Shown: positions 10,570-20,160 of the stretch, piece by piece
How the letters are laid out: each line of letters starts with the position of its first letter
Position numbering within the stretch: position 1 is the stretch's first letter
Origin: Candidatus Bathyarchaeota archaeon
Lineage (GTDB): Archaea > Thermoproteota > Bathyarchaeia > 40CM-2-53-6
DNA length: 64,000 nt
Assembly (NCBI GenBank): GCA_963726255.1
Contig: CAVSBL010000002.1
Span: 32,001 to 96,000, forward strand
Reading direction: 5' to 3'
Position numbers and translations under genes: made by a program
Notes under the pieces: generated by a model
Database searches by the model: none
What the model saw: only the letters and a program-made list of their open reading frames with translations
What the model was told of the DNA's origin: nothing

Positions 10570-10666
10570 CCTCCTGTCTCAATTGGACTGAAGGGTATTA
10601 TGAAACCTCCGGAAATGCGTTTCCGGCCTTAGCACGCCTACATAGTGCGAGGCTAATAACTTAGAT

Positions 10667-10814
10667 TGGTAGCGGGGGGTGGATGTTCGGGCTTTTCGCC
10701 TTTCGAACCACCGGTTGAGGAGTTTTTTCGACTCAATCTCAGGGTTTCTCGCCAGGATATGAGCCCTCCGCACGGGAAGGTTCTGCGGGTTAAACCTGGC
10801 TACCCCACCCCGCT
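10667..10814 (-). tRNA. initiator tRNA-Met(CAT) with four introns: 29/30 (10766-10782), 37/38 (10746-10757), 47/48 (10714-10735), 59/60 (10684-10701); CCA encoded
   Basis: Spliced 79-nt sequence AGCGGGG TG GGGT AGCCAGGTTTA ACCC G CAGGG CTCATAA CCCTG AGATC GGTGG TTCGAAT CCACC CCCCGCT ACCA; A1-U72 and three G-C pairs (29-31/39-41) mark an initiator; BHB/BHL at every junction. Confidence 0.92.
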
Positions 10815-10910
10815 AGCAGGAAACCAAAATCGGGTCGCGGTCTTTTAGGTTTACTTGTGGTTGTCTGACAGGTGTTGGTGTTGTGTTTTGATTGGTGACC
10901 TTCATTGTTT

Positions 10911-12206
10911 CTAGCTTGCTTGGGGGATTTCGTGCACTGAGCCGATGGGGCTTACCAAGATCAGGAGCACAGGGAGCAGGGAGATTAATCCGCCGATGAT
11001 GATGGTCTGCGTAATTCCAAACTCTGTACCGAAGATTCCTCCGATGAAAGCCCCAACTGGCAGCGCTCCCCAGACTATTGCACGCATGGTGGCGTTCATC
11101 CGGCCCTGAAGCCTGTCGGGCACAATCGCCTGACGAAGGCTGATCTGGGTGATATTGTAGATCGTTATTCCAACCCCAGAGACCATCCAGAGCGCCGCTA
11201 ACACTGGTACTGAGGGACCGTACATAGCAAGGGGGATTGCAAGGAGCCCGAAGCCGACAAGAGATAAGGCGGTGGCAAGGGTAGGAGCGAGCCCGAATCT
11301 CTGCCCGATCTTAGGCGCGATGATTGCACCAATCAAAGAACCCACGCTTCCGATTCCGAGTACGACGCCCGCCAATCCAGGGGACAGTCTCAACTCGTTG
11401 TACATGAAGAGAAAGAACACGGCTGAGAAGATGCTGCTTCCGAGATTCAAAGTTGTGGTCGTCGCTGCGAGGCTTCGGAGCCATGGATTGTGAAAGATTA
11501 CTTCAGCGCCTTCCCTGACCTCCCTAACGAAGTTGCGGTCTGCTTTTGAACTGTATGTGTTTTCAGTCTTCTTGATTGAGAAGATGGCTAGGGCGGCGAA
11601 CAACGTGGTGAGTGCGTCCGCTGTGATAGCTATGGCGGCTCCAGTGAGTTGTATGAGGAAACCGGCCAGCGCAGGGCCAGCGATCTGTGAGGTTGATTCG
11701 CTGGTTGTGAGCTTGGAGTTTCCTTCCACTAAATTCTCCCTATCAACCAGCGTTGGTAGATAGGACTGGTATGCGACTTCGAAAAACACAGTGGATATTC
11801 CCATAACCGCGGCAACGGCGAACAAATGGTAGAGGTTGAGTTTGCCTAGGAGGAACGCGATTGGAATTGTTCCAAGGGTGATGACCTGTACAATATTCGC
11901 CAGAACCATCATTGGGCGCCGCGGCCACCTGTCACCCATCACACCCACGAAGACCCCTAGAATCGGAAAGGCAAGGTAGCCCAAGGCGTTTAGAACTCCA
12001 ATATCGAAAGCTCCAGCCTTTAGAGCGAAAATGGCGATAGTCGGCAACGCCAAGTAGGTTATTTGACCTCCAAACCACTCGACAGTTTCGCCAACCCATA
12101 AACGCATGAAATCCCTATGGTGCCACAGCCGTCCTGACAAAGCAAACTTCAAACTAGCATCCTCTTCCATCCCCCAGGACGGTCGCTCTTTTGCCGTGAC
12201 GAACAC
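10911..12206 (-). CDS. MFS transporter
   Basis: DFMRLWVGETV, GVMGDRWPRR, PDRLQGRMNA; about 12 hydrophobic segments. Confidence 0.92.
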   Translation of the reverse strand: MFVTAKERPSWGMEEDASLKFALSGRLWHHRDFMRLWVGETVEWFGGQITYLALPTIAIFALKAGAFDIGVLNALGYLAFPILGVFVGVMGDRWPRRPMMVLANIVQVITLGTIPIAFLLGKLNLYHLFAVAAVMGISTVFFEVAYQSYLPTLVDRENLVEGNSKLTTSESTSQIAGPALAGFLIQLTGAAIAITADALTTLFAALAIFSIKKTENTYSSKADRNFVREVREGAEVIFHNPWLRSLAATTTTLNLGSSIFSAVFFLFMYNELRLSPGLAGVVLGIGSVGSLIGAIIAPKIGQRFGLAPTLATALSLVGFGLLAIPLAMYGPSVPVLAALWMVSGVGITIYNITQISLRQAIVPDRLQGRMNATMRAIVWGALPVGAFIGGIFGTEFGITQTIIIGGLISLLPVLLILVSPIGSVHEIPQAS

Positions 12207-12284
12207 GGCAGGCGACTTGGACTTGAGTAGTACCGAGTGAAAGTCAGCAAGTTCGCACTAGACACATAACATCCAATGCGTGTC

Positions 12285-13445
12285 CTAAGCGCTAATTCCC
12301 ACATTCTCTATTTTCTGCAGCTTAGAAGAACACTTCTCGAAATCAACAACCCATCCTTTCTCGTCGTCAAAGAGTTCTTCTGATATCGTCTGACCCTGTT
12401 TGCTTACAAAGTCAATTCTTACTGAAGAATATGAATTTAGGATGCCGGCTCTAGCCATCTGTGAGAAGAAGGCGAACATCTTCGGCAGTTGCGATTCCAA
12501 CATCCATGTTTGAACCATGAACGCGTTCCGGCGCAGAAGCTTGGCTACGCCTAATACGAAAAACATCTTAGGGACGATTGAGTAGAACCTGTCCAAATCC
12601 TCCTTGCTATTGAATTCAAGCATAACCTCATGATACGCAGAAACCTCCATGGGGTATGGATGAACTCTGAACTGGATCGGGTCAACTACCCCCAGAGCAG
12701 TCAGCTTCTCGTAATGATACTTCACACCTTGCGGTGTCATTCCCACCGTTTTCGCGATGTCGGCGAAGCTTGTGCGAGCATCCATTTCCAGCTGCCATAT
12801 TACCATTAGATCTGTCTTATCGACCTTCATCTCATAGCTCTGAGGGTCATCAATCGTAACGTCGTTACGTTCCTCACCGAGTGAAGCGCGCCAACCTTCC
12901 CAATCAAATTTCCATCGGCTTTCGGTTGAGTCATAGTAGTCGAAATCAGGGAAGTTGGGGACATAATCCCCTGTGTAGATCAGGCTGAAGGACCGGATTA
13001 ACTCGCTATCAGCAAGCTGTTGGACGTAAGACCTGAACTCTTTAAGGTATTTCACTGGGACGAGTTGAACCGAGATGTGGGTGAAGTTGCCTTCGCAGAA
13101 ACCCACTGAACGCCAAAGGTTAGGGGCCTTGAGTGCGGCAGTGACCTCATCCTCACGTCCCGGTGTAGCTGATGCTAGAATGACGACTCTAACCATGCCT
13201 AGTTTTGAGACCGGGGGGACAAGGGCAGCGACTTCCTGTGACTTAGCCTCTATCTTGGCAATTCTATGGTAGACCGAGGTAAACGGTATCCCTGTTCGGC
13301 GGGATACTTCGAGTAGATTCCTCGGACCATACTTCCACATAGCTGAGAAAATTCGTATGTTGGGTCCATCAAGGTGTCTAGCGATTTCCTTGTACTGCAT
13401 CTTCTTGAAGTGGTCGTAGAGACTGACCCACTCGGTTCTCAGCAA
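12285..13445 (-). CDS. Lrp/AsnC-family regulator with two HTH modules
   Basis: GPRNLLEVSRRTGIPFTSVYHRI and DKTDLMVIWQLEMDARTSFADIAKTVGMTPQGVKYH. Confidence 0.8.
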   Translation of the reverse strand: MLRTEWVSLYDHFKKMQYKEIARHLDGPNIRIFSAMWKYGPRNLLEVSRRTGIPFTSVYHRIAKIEAKSQEVAALVPPVSKLGMVRVVILASATPGREDEVTAALKAPNLWRSVGFCEGNFTHISVQLVPVKYLKEFRSYVQQLADSELIRSFSLIYTGDYVPNFPDFDYYDSTESRWKFDWEGWRASLGEERNDVTIDDPQSYEMKVDKTDLMVIWQLEMDARTSFADIAKTVGMTPQGVKYHYEKLTALGVVDPIQFRVHPYPMEVSAYHEVMLEFNSKEDLDRFYSIVPKMFFVLGVAKLLRRNAFMVQTWMLESQLPKMFAFFSQMARAGILNSYSSVRIDFVSKQGQTISEELFDDEKGWVVDFEKCSSKLQKIENVGISA

Positions 13446-13455
13446 CGTGATTCAA

Positions 13456-13713
13456 CTAGGCTTTGGCTAAGTATCGCTTAGGTGCTTGAGAGATGGCCAC
13501 AACTTCAAAAGGCGTATCTGGGGAAAACGCAGTGGCCGTCGATGTTCCTCGTTCACCGTGCAGCTCGTTTGTTACTCTGCCCATGATAACTCGTGAGACT
13601 TTCGAACCGAGTAGGTCTGTCAGAACGTTTTCCATTGCGCGGCAGTGGTCACACACTATGGTCATCTCGCTAAAGGCAGCGTCGTCGTCCTCCGGGATAA
13701 AAACCTCTACCAA
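13456..13713 (-). CDS. small hypothetical protein
   Basis: 85-aa ORF ending 10 nt before the Lrp-type gene on the same strand. Confidence 0.4.
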   Translation of the reverse strand: MVEVFIPEDDDAAFSEMTIVCDHCRAMENVLTDLLGSKVSRVIMGRVTNELHGERGTSTATAFSPDTPFEVVAISQAPKRYLAKA

Positions 13714-14526
13714 ACGCGTGGGTAATTTAGGTAAAAACCAAAGCTACCGCTAGGCGCCCCTTAGCACAATCATGTCTATGCCAAGCAGGCGAAACTCACG
13801 AAATAAGTTCGATTTCTACACAAACGAAACTATTTAGCCACCCGAGCGGCCGCCAGTATCATGACCCATCAATTCACCCCCAATAAATCACGCCTTACAA
13901 GGCGAGAGAATGATGCACGCATTGAAGATATTTAACTTCCGCAAATGAAGAACTTAGTTTTCCCTTTGCATTTGACAAAACCGCCTCCCATCTGCGGTAA
14001 CGCTTCTTACTAGGGTCATTTTGCACTGTTACGCCGCAGGAAAGCAGATTACGACCTTAAATCGCCGTCTTGGAGCGCCTCTAGCCACTTATCAACAGAA
14101 AGAAGCCTCACTTGTCCTTGTTGTTGCGATCTTGACATCATCTCGGCGAGAACCGCTAACTCATTCTCGAAGATATCAATTTGCCGAACCTCACGATAGT
14201 GTTCGTGGTCACCTCGAGTCCAGTTAGACAGCAGGATTCTTCGCTGCTGGAGCTGAGGGCGCATGCGATTCACGTCTAGATCATTCTCGGTCTAGGTGGC
14301 ATTCTGCGCGCCGCATCTCTTGCAGTGTCTTCCTGTCATTGCAAGCTTGATAGTCAGAGGTCAATGACGCTAATTGTTTGAAAAGCGTCCACAACTTTCG
14401 TGTTTACATTCTTCTGCGAAACTGAACAACCTGCCGTTCGGGTTTTGCTGTGAATGTCGACACCCCGAGGGCACCAGCGAAGTAAGCCTTATTCGTTGTT
14501 ATTCAAGCGGGTGTTGGTGATTGGAC

Positions 14527-14754
14527 ATGTCTTACTATTGCGTTCCGAAACCACCTTTGACTGCCACTTGCTATGTTCCCGCGCCGTGTCTTGTTCCTCA
14601 GCCGCCGGAGGTCTACTATCAACCCCCTCCACAAGGCTACGCGTACCAACCGCCGCCAGTAAACTACGTGTACCAACCGCCACCGGTGCCATACTCCGTC
14701 TTGCCTCCAGCGCAGTACTATTGGTATCAGCACCCCGCAGTCAGGGTGCAATAA
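14527..14754 (+). CDS. small Pro/Tyr/Gln-rich repeat peptide
   Basis: GGTGA RBS-like motif at 14516-14520, ATG at 14527, YQPPP x3 plus YQHP. Confidence 0.5.
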   Translation: MSYYCVPKPPLTATCYVPAPCLVPQPPEVYYQPPPQGYAYQPPPVNYVYQPPPVPYSVLPPAQYYWYQHPAVRVQ

Positions 14755-14891
14755 TCCCCTTTTTCCGCAGACGACCGGCTCAGGCAAATCTACAGCTCGG
14801 CGTCAGGGCGTGGGTGCCGTGCGCCCGGCGTTAATTTTTTCGTCGTGTGAATGATGATGCCTTCTCTGAAGTGTTCCTGTGCATTAGGTTC

Positions 14892-16237
14892 CTATGGGTC
14901 GTGCCAATTGCCGAAAGGAGAGCTATGGTCACGAGTTTTCTTTTCAAGTCCATAGCGGGAGAGCGGCTTAGTGAGATGTCTCTGCGCTTTCCTATCGGGA
15001 ACATAGAGACCTTCTTCCAATGCTCGGTCTCTGCGCGTCAACTTCTTCTTTGCAGATGGCGCTCGGAACGAACATCTTGAGCATCTGAAGCCCTGCGCTT
15101 TGCCAGCCGATTTCAAGTGTTTCTTACATTTTGGGCAAACTGGGTTCTCAATGCTAATCGATTCCCCCAACCGGTGGATCTGAAGTTTCTCCAAGTTCAA
15201 GACCAGCGGTAAGTCCCGCGTTTCTTCAAGCCACCAAATACTGTCACTTCGTCACCAGGGATCAGTCTCGCCACGATTTCTCGAAACCTGCCGGTCGGTT
15301 CGAAAGCGGCGCAGCGCAGACTCGACCCATTGTATCTGAGCGTGAAGAATACGTGGCCTCCCCTGATGCGTTCTGGTTTCTCCGCGACGACTCCTTTCAG
15401 AACAAGAGGCCTGAAGGGCCTTACTCGGGTGCTCAAGGGCGAAGCGTTAAGATGCGCATCTGTTCCATGATTAGTCCGAAATATCACCCATCGTTCGATT
15501 GGTTCCCCTATCCTCAGCATGCGGAACGCCTTCAGAAGGATGTGGGGATTCTCTCCCCGAATCCCGAGGAGGACAGGGTCCGGACCGTGTGGCGTAATGA
15601 GCGTTCGCCTATTGTCGAAATCGTAACTATTGAAAGTCCAGGGTGCGGTACGTCGGTCCATTCTCATTACGGATCTTTCTTCGACCCGCCTTCTTGTTCC
15701 CCAGTTCTTCCTCTCTCTATATGCGACAAGCTCATACGTGTGGTCATTCTCCAAACATTCTCCAACAGCGGACAAGGCGCCTACCAAACCCAATCGGGAA
15801 CCGTAAGCTAGCGCGGTTATTTTGCAGCGAGTGATTGTTTCTTGGGCTTCATGTTCACTTACGATATCTCTAAGAGCTTTCCGGGCCAGCCTCCTGACCA
15901 TGCCCGGAGGCTTCCCGTTTAGAAAGACAATCGCCGGGTCTGTCCCTGCGCTGCCAATCCGGCTGTTTGCCTCTACCTCTTCGATTGCCGCCTCCTGAAC
16001 GGTGCCGTAAAAGTTGGCTGGAATCTTGAGCCGCAAGGCTACTGCTGCATTTCCACGTGTCTTGTACGGAATGTTCGGGTTCAGCCTTATGATGTTGGGG
16101 TAGTCGATGAATTGGGCGCCCAGTTTACACAATTTTTCGACTAGCCGAGCTGCGATGTAGGTGGTGCAGCCGCCTGCCTTCGAGTCTGTATCATCAATTC
16201 CTATGTGCAGTTCGGTTCCGTTAACTTGTTGGCTCAT
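14892..16237 (-). CDS. tiaS: tRNA(Ile2) agmatinylcytidine synthase, split by an apparent 1-nt frameshift near 15200-15225
   Basis: HIGIDDTDS, GGCTTY, RLNPNIPYKTRGNAA, TPHGPDPVLLGIRGE, FRTNHGTDAHL in 15197-16237; NPVCPKC...SAGKAQGFRC...RHLTKP in 14892-15200. Confidence 0.9.
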
Positions 16238-17402
16238 GGAGCCTCAACTCGTTAACTCGCTTCCATCGACTTTCAGGATTACCGATTGCCGAGGGTTCCT
16301 GTACCATCGCTTCAACTGGAAGCGCGCCGGCCCTGAACCTCAGGGCTCTCGCCAGAATATTTCTGGCGGCGTTTACGTCTCGGTCAACTGTGAATCCACA
16401 CGATTGGCACTTGAGTTGTCGGTTCTCTTCGGGTTTCATTCTTGACCCACATATCGAACACTTCACTGAAGTACCCCTCGGATTCACATAGATGATTGGC
16501 ATGCCTTCCCACTTGGCTTTGTATTCGATTTGGCGCTGCAGTTCAAAGTAACTCCAGCTGTTCATCATCCCACGGTAGCTTCCTCCCTGCCAGTTACCTT
16601 TACGGTAAAGCTTCCTTATGCCTGTCAGCTTCTCCATGACGATGCCGAACTGCTTGCGTTTCGCGTCTAGGATAATCTGTTTTGAGGCGTGGTGGAGGAT
16701 CTGTTTCACCTTCTCGCGTTGCTTACGCCCGTACTTTCCAGTGACCCGTTGGCGTATGCGCAGGTCGTTTCGCCGCATATGCGAACGAATCTCACGGTAC
16801 ATCGCTTTAACTTCCGTTGCCTTAGCCAAATTCCGCCTTTTCACCTGCCCATCTGAGTCTGCCGTCGTCAAATTGTTGAGGTTTCGGTCGATGGCAATTA
16901 GGCCTCGCGGTTGAATTGGTTGAATTTCCTTCGCGTATGAGATGCTTAGCTCTTTGTTCGTCAATGTGACGGAACGAACTTGGATGCCCGGTTCAGAGAG
17001 GACGCGGAGCGTGTGTGCGTTCAACGGGATGGGTAACCGTTGCTTAGGTTTGAATGGCAGCAAGAGCATTCCTGGTTTCGCTCTAATTTTGAAACCATAA
17101 CAGGTTGTCAATTGCGGGCCTCGTGAATAAGGTTCCCTTGCTTCAGGATTCTTCTTTCTAGCCTTACGATAGTTCCGTAAGATGCCGGTGGCTTTGCTGA
17201 TTGCGCAGAGCTTGTAGTAGCTCATGATGTTGTAGGTTGCGAGTTGATGGTAGGTTTTCGTGGAGAGTGATTTGAGGCTGGTCACGTCCTCGGCAAGTCC
17301 AATCCGTACGCAGTCGTTGAGCATCTGAGGAAATTCATCAAGCATCCGTAGAATCTCGCAGCTGGGCGTGTAGTGTTGTTGAACTGATTTGACCGCCCGC
17401 AT
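16221..17402 (-). mobile_element. tnpB: IS200/IS605-family TnpB RNA-guided endonuclease (no adjacent tnpA; IS1341-like)
   Basis: RuvC I IAIDRN, RuvC II IVMEKL, IEYKAKWEG, TSVKCSICG...CQSCG zinc finger, RuvC III DRDVNAARNI. Confidence 0.93.
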
Positions 17403-17551
17403 AGCTTAACCTAAACTTTCATCCTCTTTTAGGCATGAGAGATAAGTGAAAAACAAGGACCCGACAAGTTAACAGAGCCTGCAGTTCCACAAGCAGAAAC
17501 CCAGTCGGTATTTCGCCTGTACCGACTCTTCTGGTGAGGTCGTTGGGTTGA

Positions 17552-17788
17552 TTAGGTTCCTTCTACGACGATCATTGTGAGCGTGGAGCGGACCTTGTCG
17601 AGTCTGCGTATCTTCCACGTAACAATCTCTTTCAGCTTGTCCATGGAATCGGCTTCGACTTTCGCAACAATGTCATATACGCCGTAGACGACGTATGATT
17701 CCTTCACGTTCCCTATCTTGCGCAGTTCTCCGGCTACTTCATCTTCAGATCCTATTTCCGCATTAATCAGGACGAAGGCAAGTGGCAT
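17552..17788 (-). CDS. stand-alone Lrp/AsnC ligand-binding (RAM) domain protein
   Basis: AFVLINAEIG...VYGVYDIVAKVEA...IRRLDKVRSTLTMIV. Confidence 0.92.
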   Translation of the reverse strand: MPLAFVLINAEIGSEDEVAGELRKIGNVKESYVVYGVYDIVAKVEADSMDKLKEIVTWKIRRLDKVRSTLTMIVVEGT

Positions 17789-17861
17789 TACGAAACCTCG
17801 TCGTAGCCTTGATGTTCAGAGTGTCGCTAAAAGCATTTGCCTAGCTCATTGCCGAGGCCAA

Positions 17862-18083
17862 TCAGGTTATGGCTATTTCTTTCGCCTTATTAGTCGGGAA
17901 AATCTTCGTGGCAGACCCGTTTTCGTCAAGAATGGCTACCGTATCAACCACCCAGTTGTCAGAGAGCGCACTTGACTCGATTGTTCGACGTATTTGCTCC
18001 ACCAACTTATCTGGTGGCAAGACGTCATGAGTGGAACCGAGAACTAGGGTGACAAGTGCGAACTTACCCGTAGCGTACACCAA
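17862..18083 (-). CDS. small hypothetical protein
   Basis: 73-aa ORF co-oriented with and upstream of the RAM-domain gene. Confidence 0.45.
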   Translation of the reverse strand: MVYATGKFALVTLVLGSTHDVLPPDKLVEQIRRTIESSALSDNWVVDTVAILDENGSATKIFPTNKAKEIAIT

Positions 18084-18292
18084 CTACAATAGGCTGTGAA
18101 ATCTGAATATATGGTTTGCCAAGTACGTCTTACGTCATGTCAACCCGCCTAAAAACTGCCGAGAAAGCGCTGAACTGCACTCAAAATCATTTCAACGTTG
18201 AGCTACTGCTCCAAAAACAAGTTGCCGTGTTGAATTCAACGGTTCAGCTCTGTAGCCCACAACTTTTACCGGACCGCTCGGATTAACCACCC

Positions 18293-19840
18293 GTGACAAG
18301 TTTGACTTTCCTAAGTTACCCGCTAACATCCTTGGAAACGATGATTCTAGACAAGAATTCAGAGTACCTAGGCGTGTCCACACTGCAACTAATGGAGAAT
18401 GCAGGCCGTTCCGTAGCGGATGAAATTACCGCCCGGTTTGGGACGGGCAGTTCCGTTGTGTTGTATGGTGGAACCGGTCGAAACGGGGGAGACGGAATGG
18501 TCGTTGCGCGCCATCTCGCGGGAAGAGGCTTTAACGTATCTTACAAGCTTGTAGGCAGCAGTGATGCAATCTCAGACCCAGCCGCAATTCTGAACTGGCG
18601 TGCCCTCAAATCGATGTACTCCACCGTCAAGGTCGAAGAGTATCATGACTCATCGTCATTATCCGAATCCGAATCGGATATAGTGGTTGATGCGCTTCTC
18701 GGGACTGGTGTTAAAGGGAAACTTCGCCAACCCATCCTCAAAGCAGTAGAGGCGGTCAACGGCTCTCGCGGTTACAAGGTCGCAGTGGATGTCCCCACAG
18801 GGATAGACTCGGATACAGGCGAGGTGTTGGGTGCAGCTGTTCGGGCAAATCTAACGGTAACCCTTCACGCGACGAAGAAGGGGTTTGCGAAAGCGAAAGA
18901 GTTCTGCGGCGAGATCAAAGTTGCGGACATCGGAATACCGCCAGAAGCCGCCGTCTTTGCCGGGCCTGGAGATGTGGAAGCTGCAGTTGTTCGAAGGCTT
19001 CCTGAGGCACACAAAGGCCAATTCGGCAGATTAATCGTAATTGGTGGCAGCGACGTTTTCACCGGGGCACCGACCTTCGTCGGCCTAGCCGCATATCGAA
19101 CTGGCACCGATTTAGTGTTCGTAGCCGCACCGGAAAGAACGGCGCAAGCAATCTCAGCAATCTCGCCGAACTTAATGACGATCAAGCTCCCTGGAACGAA
19201 CCTAGCGCCAACGCACATCCGCATTCTACGAGAACATTTGGAGAAGGCGACCGCTGTGGCCATTGGCCCTGGCCTGGGCTTGGATAAGCAGACGGTCTCT
19301 GCGGTTCGCAAAATCGTCCTACTGGTACGCCAGCTCAAGATACCGCTTCTCCTGGACGCTGACGCTTTGAAGGCACTCGGTGTCGTAAGAAAGAAGATAT
19401 TCGACAGTTCAACCGTTGTGACCCCGCATGCGGGCGAATTTCAAGCGATTTCCGGAAAGGCTCCATCTCGAGACATGAGTGTGCGGCCGCGCGAGGTGAA
19501 GGCCCTCGCTTCTAGTAGTGGCGCTGTTGTCCTTCTCAAGGGACATACCGACATCATCTCCGACGGAGAGAGGGTGAAGCTGAATGACACGGGCAACCCA
19601 GGCATGACTGTGGGCGGGACCGGTGACGTTCTGTCCGGAATAGTTTCGGGTTTGATGGCGCAGGGCGTCAGCGGTTTCAGGGCGGCTGTTGCGGGAGCTT
19701 TCGTGAACGGAGCAGCAGGCGACCTTGCCCAAGAACAATATGGCTATCACCTAACCCCAACCGATTTGATCGGCCACATCGCCAAAGTCTTGGACGACCC
19801 TATGTGCCACAAAGTTATTCATGACAAGAGGCTTCAGTAA
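18293..19840 (+). CDS. nnr: bifunctional NAD(P)HX epimerase/dehydratase
   Basis: LMENAG, GTGRNGGDG, VVDALLGTG, AVDVPTG, HKGQFG, IGPGLG, LDADAL, TPHAGEF, GGTGDVLSG. Confidence 0.95.
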   Translation: MTSLTFLSYPLTSLETMILDKNSEYLGVSTLQLMENAGRSVADEITARFGTGSSVVLYGGTGRNGGDGMVVARHLAGRGFNVSYKLVGSSDAISDPAAILNWRALKSMYSTVKVEEYHDSSSLSESESDIVVDALLGTGVKGKLRQPILKAVEAVNGSRGYKVAVDVPTGIDSDTGEVLGAAVRANLTVTLHATKKGFAKAKEFCGEIKVADIGIPPEAAVFAGPGDVEAAVVRRLPEAHKGQFGRLIVIGGSDVFTGAPTFVGLAAYRTGTDLVFVAAPERTAQAISAISPNLMTIKLPGTNLAPTHIRILREHLEKATAVAIGPGLGLDKQTVSAVRKIVLLVRQLKIPLLLDADALKALGVVRKKIFDSSTVVTPHAGEFQAISGKAPSRDMSVRPREVKALASSSGAVVLLKGHTDIISDGERVKLNDTGNPGMTVGGTGDVLSGIVSGLMAQGVSGFRAAVAGAFVNGAAGDLAQEQYGYHLTPTDLIGHIAKVLDDPMCHKVIHDKRLQ

Positions 19841-19920
19841 CAGCCGACCGAGAGCTAGCCTTTCGCCCCGGCACTGGCGGGCAGCGGAAGACGGAATTGA
19901 ACCGATGACCTTGCCCGGTT

Positions 19921-20160
19921 TTGTCTTTTCCATCTGCTTTAATTGCCCAGCCATCGGACCAGCATTCAGTGGTCCACGTGGATTGGAGGAAGATGAGGCC
20001 CGAGGAGAGGGTAAGGGTCACCCTAGAGATGGTGGACCTAGTAACTAGCATCGCTGCGGGCAGCGAGAGGGCCAAGAACCCTGGGATTACGGAGGATGCT
20101 CTAATTTCCCGTATGCGGCGCAGGTGTCAGCAAGGACGGAGATTCCCCTTAAGGCGATAA
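19921..20160 (+). CDS. small protein, putative antitoxin partner of the downstream nucleotidyltransferase
   Basis: WRKMRPEERVRVTLEM...NPGITED; stop codon abuts the next start; true start uncertain. Confidence 0.55.
   Translation: MSFPSALIAQPSDQHSVVHVDWRKMRPEERVRVTLEMVDLVTSIAAGSERAKNPGITEDALISRMRRRCQQGRRFPLRR

Noticed and set aside
10579-10848. ORFs 10579-10773 (-) and 10666-10848 (+)
   Set aside because: Shadow ORFs over the four-intron tRNA-iMet gene
15190-15235. Idea that the tiaS frameshift is a BHB mRNA intron (as in crenarchaeal cbf5)
   Set aside because: No BHB could be folded, and the spacing between the conserved GG and LNLEK motifs leaves no surplus sequence to excise
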